Assembly: GCA_958296135.2 (NCBI GenBank)
Contig: CATQHZ020000001.1
Span: 384,001-448,000, forward strand
Source: an uncultured Poribacteria bacterium
GTDB taxonomy: Bacteria > Poribacteria > WGA-4E > WGA-3G
Reading direction: 5' to 3'
DNA length: 64,000 nt
The position numbers and the translations under genes were made by a program. The first letter of the stretch is position 1, and the number at the start of each line of letters is the position of its first letter. The notes beneath the pieces were generated by a model. That model was not told the DNA's origin, did not search any database, and saw nothing but the letters and a program-made list of their open reading frames with translations. Shown here piece by piece: positions 60,177-64,000 of this stretch.

Positions 60177-62252
60177 AACCGGGAGCAAGACTTGCGCGCT
60201 GCGGGCAGGCACATACAATTGGATTGACTGCGCCTGTCCATCCATCGGCCCATCCATCGAAATATCCTGCCACGGATAGTGCGCCGCCGCTTCCACATGC
60301 CCCTGCCCGCCATAACCGATGTCATCTGTATTGAGGACAACACGGTAATCGGCAGGTTGCGGCACAGGGATACGCCAGTCCCGATAGGAGGCAGTCGGAT
60401 GGAAATTGAAGACGCAGACGAGCCCGCCGCGCGCGTACACGAGCTGCTTCGCCTCTTCGTGAATAAAGAGGAGCTGAACCTCGGTATCGCTTAGCAAATG
60501 GAAGTGCGCATCGAGTTGTTGCATCGCCGCGTCGAAAGCGTTGAGGTGTTGGTAACGGAGGGTATCGTCATCGACGAGGTGCCACTGCCGTCGCGCGTAG
60601 TGATATGAGTGGTTATTGCCCGCGCGTGGGAAGTCGATCCATTCCGGGTGCCCGAATTCGTTGCCCATAAAGTTGAGGTATCCCTCGCCGCCGAGGCTAA
60701 AGGTGAGGAGGCGTATGAGTTTATGCATCGCAATTCCGCGCGCGATGACCGGGTTTTCCGAGAAGATGCCCATCTTATCGTAGAGTTCTGCGTCCATCAA
60801 TTGCATCGCAAGCGTCTTATCGCCGACAATACCCTGGTCGTGGCTTTCGACGTAAGCGATATGTTTTTCGCCTGCGCGGCGGTTGAGCAGCATGCCGTAA
60901 ATGTCGCCGAGGTGCCAGTCTTCGTCTGATTTCTCTTTGAGGAGTTGGATCCAATAATCTGGGATGCCCATGGCGAGGCGGTAATCAAAACCGAGTCCGC
61001 CTTCTTCTGTCGGGCGCGCGATGCCGGGCATCCCGCTCACCTCTTCTGCAATGGAGATGGCGTTCGGGTTTACGGCGTGAATGAGTTCATTCGCCAACAT
61101 CAGGTAGGCAATCGCATCGAGTTCAACGTGCGTGTTGAAATAGTCATCGTAACCGGTGAATTTCCGTCCGATACCGTGGTCGCGGTAGAGCATACTGGTG
61201 ACACCGTCAATGCGGAACCCGTCAAACCGATAGTTCTTCAGCCAATAGCGGATGTTGCTGAGCAGCAACCGCAGTACTTCATATTGCCGGTAATCGAAAC
61301 AGCGAGAATCCCATGCGGTGTGGGTACCCTTCGCGCCGGCGTGAAAATAGTGATGCTCGGTGCCATCAAAGCGGTTCAAACCCTCTTCAACATTTTTGAC
61401 AGCATGACTATGCACCAGATCCATGATGACGCGCAACCCCATTCCGTGCGCTGTATCGATGAGGTGCTTCAACTCCTCCGGTGTCCCGAATCGGCTTGAC
61501 ACCGCAAAGAAATTGCTGACATGATACCCGAAACTGGCATAATAAGGATGTTCCATGATTGCCATCAGTTGGACGGCGTTATAGCCGAGTGCCTTAATTC
61601 GGGGGAGGATGTGCTGCGTAAATTCGGTAAAGGAACCGACTTTTTCGGCCTCTTGCGCCATGCCGATGTGCGCCTCGTAAATCCGCAATCCTTCTTTGCG
61701 GTCCGTAGTGCGAGGGCCTGTTCCTGGCGATTGCTGCGGCGGTTCTAGTCCTGTCCCTCGCGAACGTTCGTGTTCCGAGACATCATTCTGCCACTGATAT
61801 GGTTCTGGCGGGGCCCAGTACTGTCCGACAAAGGCAGCGTTTTCTTCTTGCACGACGCGCTGAATATAGGCAGGGATCCGGTCGCGTGCGCCGAGTTCGG
61901 AGACAACATGCACCTTCACTCGGCTCCCGTGGGGGAGTCCATCTGGCAGGAAGAGGTGCCATACGCCCCATTCGTCGCGCGTCATGGTGTGTGCGCCGCG
62001 GTCCCACCCGTTAAAATCGCCGATGAGGGAGAGCGCGTGCGCTGCGGGGGCCCATTCGCGATACCAGATGCCGGTTCCGCTGCGGTTGAATCCGAAATAT
62101 CGGTGCCCTTGGCTTATCTGTCCGAGTATACCGCCGCCTTGGCTGTCCGCATTCTCAATTTCAGCCTTGCGTTGGAGGTAGTGTGCATACCGCTGGCGCA
62201 ATTGTGCGGCATAAGGTTTTAACAACGGATCTAATTTGATAAGGGCATTCAT
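60171..62252 (-). CDS. glgB: 1,4-alpha-glucan branching enzyme (GH13, eukaryote-like type)
   Basis: REWAP, RIYEAHIGM, FGYHV, FDGFRIDGVTSMLY, AEEVSG, YVESHDQ and LNFMGNEFGHPEW motifs; contains an in-frame REP. Confidence 0.95.
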   Translation of the reverse strand: MNALIKLDPLLKPYAAQLRQRYAHYLQRKAEIENADSQGGGILGQISQGHRYFGFNRSGTGIWYREWAPAAHALSLIGDFNGWDRGAHTMTRDEWGVWHLFLPDGLPHGSRVKVHVVSELGARDRIPAYIQRVVQEENAAFVGQYWAPPEPYQWQNDVSEHERSRGTGLEPPQQSPGTGPRTTDRKEGLRIYEAHIGMAQEAEKVGSFTEFTQHILPRIKALGYNAVQLMAIMEHPYYASFGYHVSNFFAVSSRFGTPEELKHLIDTAHGMGLRVIMDLVHSHAVKNVEEGLNRFDGTEHHYFHAGAKGTHTAWDSRCFDYRQYEVLRLLLSNIRYWLKNYRFDGFRIDGVTSMLYRDHGIGRKFTGYDDYFNTHVELDAIAYLMLANELIHAVNPNAISIAEEVSGMPGIARPTEEGGLGFDYRLAMGIPDYWIQLLKEKSDEDWHLGDIYGMLLNRRAGEKHIAYVESHDQGIVGDKTLAMQLMDAELYDKMGIFSENPVIARGIAMHKLIRLLTFSLGGEGYLNFMGNEFGHPEWIDFPRAGNNHSYHYARRQWHLVDDDTLRYQHLNAFDAAMQQLDAHFHLLSDTEVQLLFIHEEAKQLVYARGGLVCVFNFHPTASYRDWRIPVPQPADYRVVLNTDDIGYGGQGHVEAAAHYPWQDISMDGPMDGQAQSIQLYVPARSAQVLLPVP

Positions 62253-62270
62253 TATTTGACTCCTCAGGTT

Positions 62271-62494
62271 CGTAGGGCGAGGGCCGTTACGGTCACGCCT
62301 ACAGAAAATGTGCGTGTGTCGCCCCGCGTAAACACGGTCACGTCTACAGAAAATGTGCGTGTGTCGCCCCGCGTAAACACGCTACCTTACTTTAACTTTG
62401 TCATCTCTGCAGCCTCGCTGCAGAGATGTCCACTGTCCCTCGCCATGCTTCGCTTGCCCGAGGCATCGCGGGGGACAGGCCCCCCTCGCTACGG
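62271..62494 (+). repeat. Composite REP element with an internal duplication of about 45 bp, plus an inverted partner
   Basis: ACGGTCACG.CTACAGAAAATGTGCGTGTGTCGCCCCGCGTAAAC occurs twice; matches the reverse complement of 12608-12738. Confidence 0.85.
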
Positions 62495-62504
62495 TAATAA
62501 TGAA

Positions 62505-63548
62505 ATGATTAAAATCTCGCACCTACTCGTCATCTTCACAATAACACTGTGTCTGCCCGTTTCTGCCGAGTTTGAGATTCGCCTATTTGATGGCGCATCG
62601 CAAATGACACCGCCCTACGAGCTCATTTCTGGCAAAAGTTACCGACTCGTGTCAGTGTCAGCCGATGGACGGCGTGTGCCTGTCCGCTGGTTTCTCTCTG
62701 GAAACTTAGGCAAGATTTCGGCGGAGCCACCCGTGTTTGCTGCGGTGTTTGTCGGCGAGGGGATGCTTATCGCGGAGGGCCCCTCTATTACGCGGACAGC
62801 GCGGATTAAAATTGTCCCAGCCGCTCAAACTATCGGAATTGCAGGTGGAACTTTCAGTAGTCCTGCTGGTGTAGAGATAGTGTTTCCGCCGGATGCTTTC
62901 TTGACGCCGCAACGGATATCGGCAGAGATTATCGCGCCGCCGGGGCCGCCCTTATCGGCAACTCATCGGCTCGTCCGCGTTATTCGGCTGTCTCCTGACA
63001 AACTCGTTTTGAAACGTCCGGCACAGTTACGATTTGCGCATAACGCGGCGATGCTGCTCTCCGGTCAGGTTGCGACACCTCAAATCTATTTTTGGGAACT
63101 CTATGAGAAAAAATGGGTGCGGCTGAGCAGCAGGGTTGATGCACGCCATGGCACCGTGACTACCTCAATGAATCACTTGGGCATTTATACTTTGATGGCA
63201 CCCGACATCAAGGTTCCGCGTGCTAGCCGTCTCACAATTGAGAACGTGGTGCTTTCGCCGCGCGTCTTTTTCGCGCCCGATACGCATCACCTCACGATAA
63301 CCTATCACCTGAACGCGCGGGATGCTGTCCAAGCCTTGGTTACGATGGATATCTTCGATTTGCGCGACCGGCGGGTTCGGCGGCTTATTGAGAATGCGCC
63401 TTGCTATACAGGCCCCAACGTTGCGCAGTGGGATGGTTTGACAGATGATGGCATTCTCGTGCGCAATGGGCGATATATCCTGATTATTCATGCGAGGGCG
63501 GCTTCCCAACATGCGGTTGCGCGGCAGTTGATTGTGGTTTTTAAATAG
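62505..63548 (+). CDS. Secreted protein with a ZU5-like segment and a C-terminal FlgD-Ig-like domain
   Basis: Signal peptide MIKISHLLVIF; GGTFSSPAGVEIVFPPDA; DIFDLRDRRVRRL...WDGLTDDG..VRNGRYI. Confidence 0.72.
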   Translation: MIKISHLLVIFTITLCLPVSAEFEIRLFDGASQMTPPYELISGKSYRLVSVSADGRRVPVRWFLSGNLGKISAEPPVFAAVFVGEGMLIAEGPSITRTARIKIVPAAQTIGIAGGTFSSPAGVEIVFPPDAFLTPQRISAEIIAPPGPPLSATHRLVRVIRLSPDKLVLKRPAQLRFAHNAAMLLSGQVATPQIYFWELYEKKWVRLSSRVDARHGTVTTSMNHLGIYTLMAPDIKVPRASRLTIENVVLSPRVFFAPDTHHLTITYHLNARDAVQALVTMDIFDLRDRRVRRLIENAPCYTGPNVAQWDGLTDDGILVRNGRYILIIHARAASQHAVARQLIVVFK

Positions 63549-63816
63549 AAAGAGTTTGCGTGGGCTAAATCCCGTAGGCGCGGTTTGTAACTGCGCGAGC
63601 CACTGTTGAAATTGCCATGAATGTGAACAGGAGGTATTTCATCGTTAGAGCGATTTGTCTGAATGCTCGCGTTTCTGCTGCTGATAGCTGAGATATTTTA
63701 CAATTTCTGCCCGCGTTTGTCAAGAGAAAATAAAAACCGCCCGCGGGACGGCTATTGACGGACGTGGGAGGGTTATGGAAAAAAGTGAAAACAACATGCG
63801 CGACTGACAACAAAAC

Positions 63817-63846
63817 TTGACAAAATTCTGCATAACGTGATAAACT
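63817..63846 (+). promoter_or_regulatory. Putative sigma70 promoter
   Basis: TTGACA-18 bp-TAAACT with TG extension. Confidence 0.5.
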
Positions 63847-63873
63847 AATAAAAAATCAGGAAAGGACAGCAAT

Positions 63874-64000
63874 ATGGCATCACCAACAGATTTAAAAGCA
63901 ATGTTAGCCGCGCCCATCGCCCTGGCACCGAATACCTACCTGCATTTCTATAACGGTGGTAAACTTCGCGCCGAGTTTATGGGCGAACCAAATCCGAAGG
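63874..64000 (+). CDS. 5' part of a CDS, possibly a class I mannose-6-phosphate isomerase-like cupin
   Basis: AAGGA RBS; MASPTDLKAMLAAPIALAPNTYLHFYNGGKLRAEFMGEPNPK is open to the window end. Confidence 0.45.
   Translation, partial: MASPTDLKAMLAAPIALAPNTYLHFYNGGKLRAEFMGEPNPK

Noticed and set aside
62256-62504. Long N-terminal extension of the 430 aa ORF
   Set aside because: It runs through REP elements; the signal peptide starts at ATG 62505. Similar upstream extensions of rsgA, rpsK, rplV, rplQ and the PhyH genes were also trimmed.

Overview
A GC-rich bacterial chromosome segment. It is probably Candidatus Poribacteria or a relative; this is inference from three PhyH dioxygenases, an LPEGAIARLG WD40 remnant and a C-terminal TTWGKLK motif. 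The core (18.3-38.1 kb, minus strand) is the str-S10-spc-alpha ribosomal protein superoperon, which lacks rpmD, adk, map and infA. The flanks carry housekeeping genes (nfi, mazG, an NMN/NaMN adenylyltransferase, tatA, a cis-prenyltransferase, rsgA, a dut-thyA-X-folA-nagA run, tRNA-Arg(CCG), an ABC transporter with DUF1854, a GT3-like glycogen synthase, glgB), an orphan type III-like DNA methyltransferase and several decayed genes. The strongest unexplained structure is a dense, modular family of GTAG-type palindromic repeats (REP-like). These form tandem arrays, carry covarying cargo hairpins, supply stop codons, have captured a gene 3' end, and sit in-frame inside three intact enzymes (rsgA, glycogen synthase, glgB). 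Also notable: an AT-rich islet with two diverged paralogous unknown genes and repeated leaders, and S12/S5 proteins with substitutions at normally near-invariant antibiotic and accuracy positions. All calls come from reading the sequence by eye; no searches were run.
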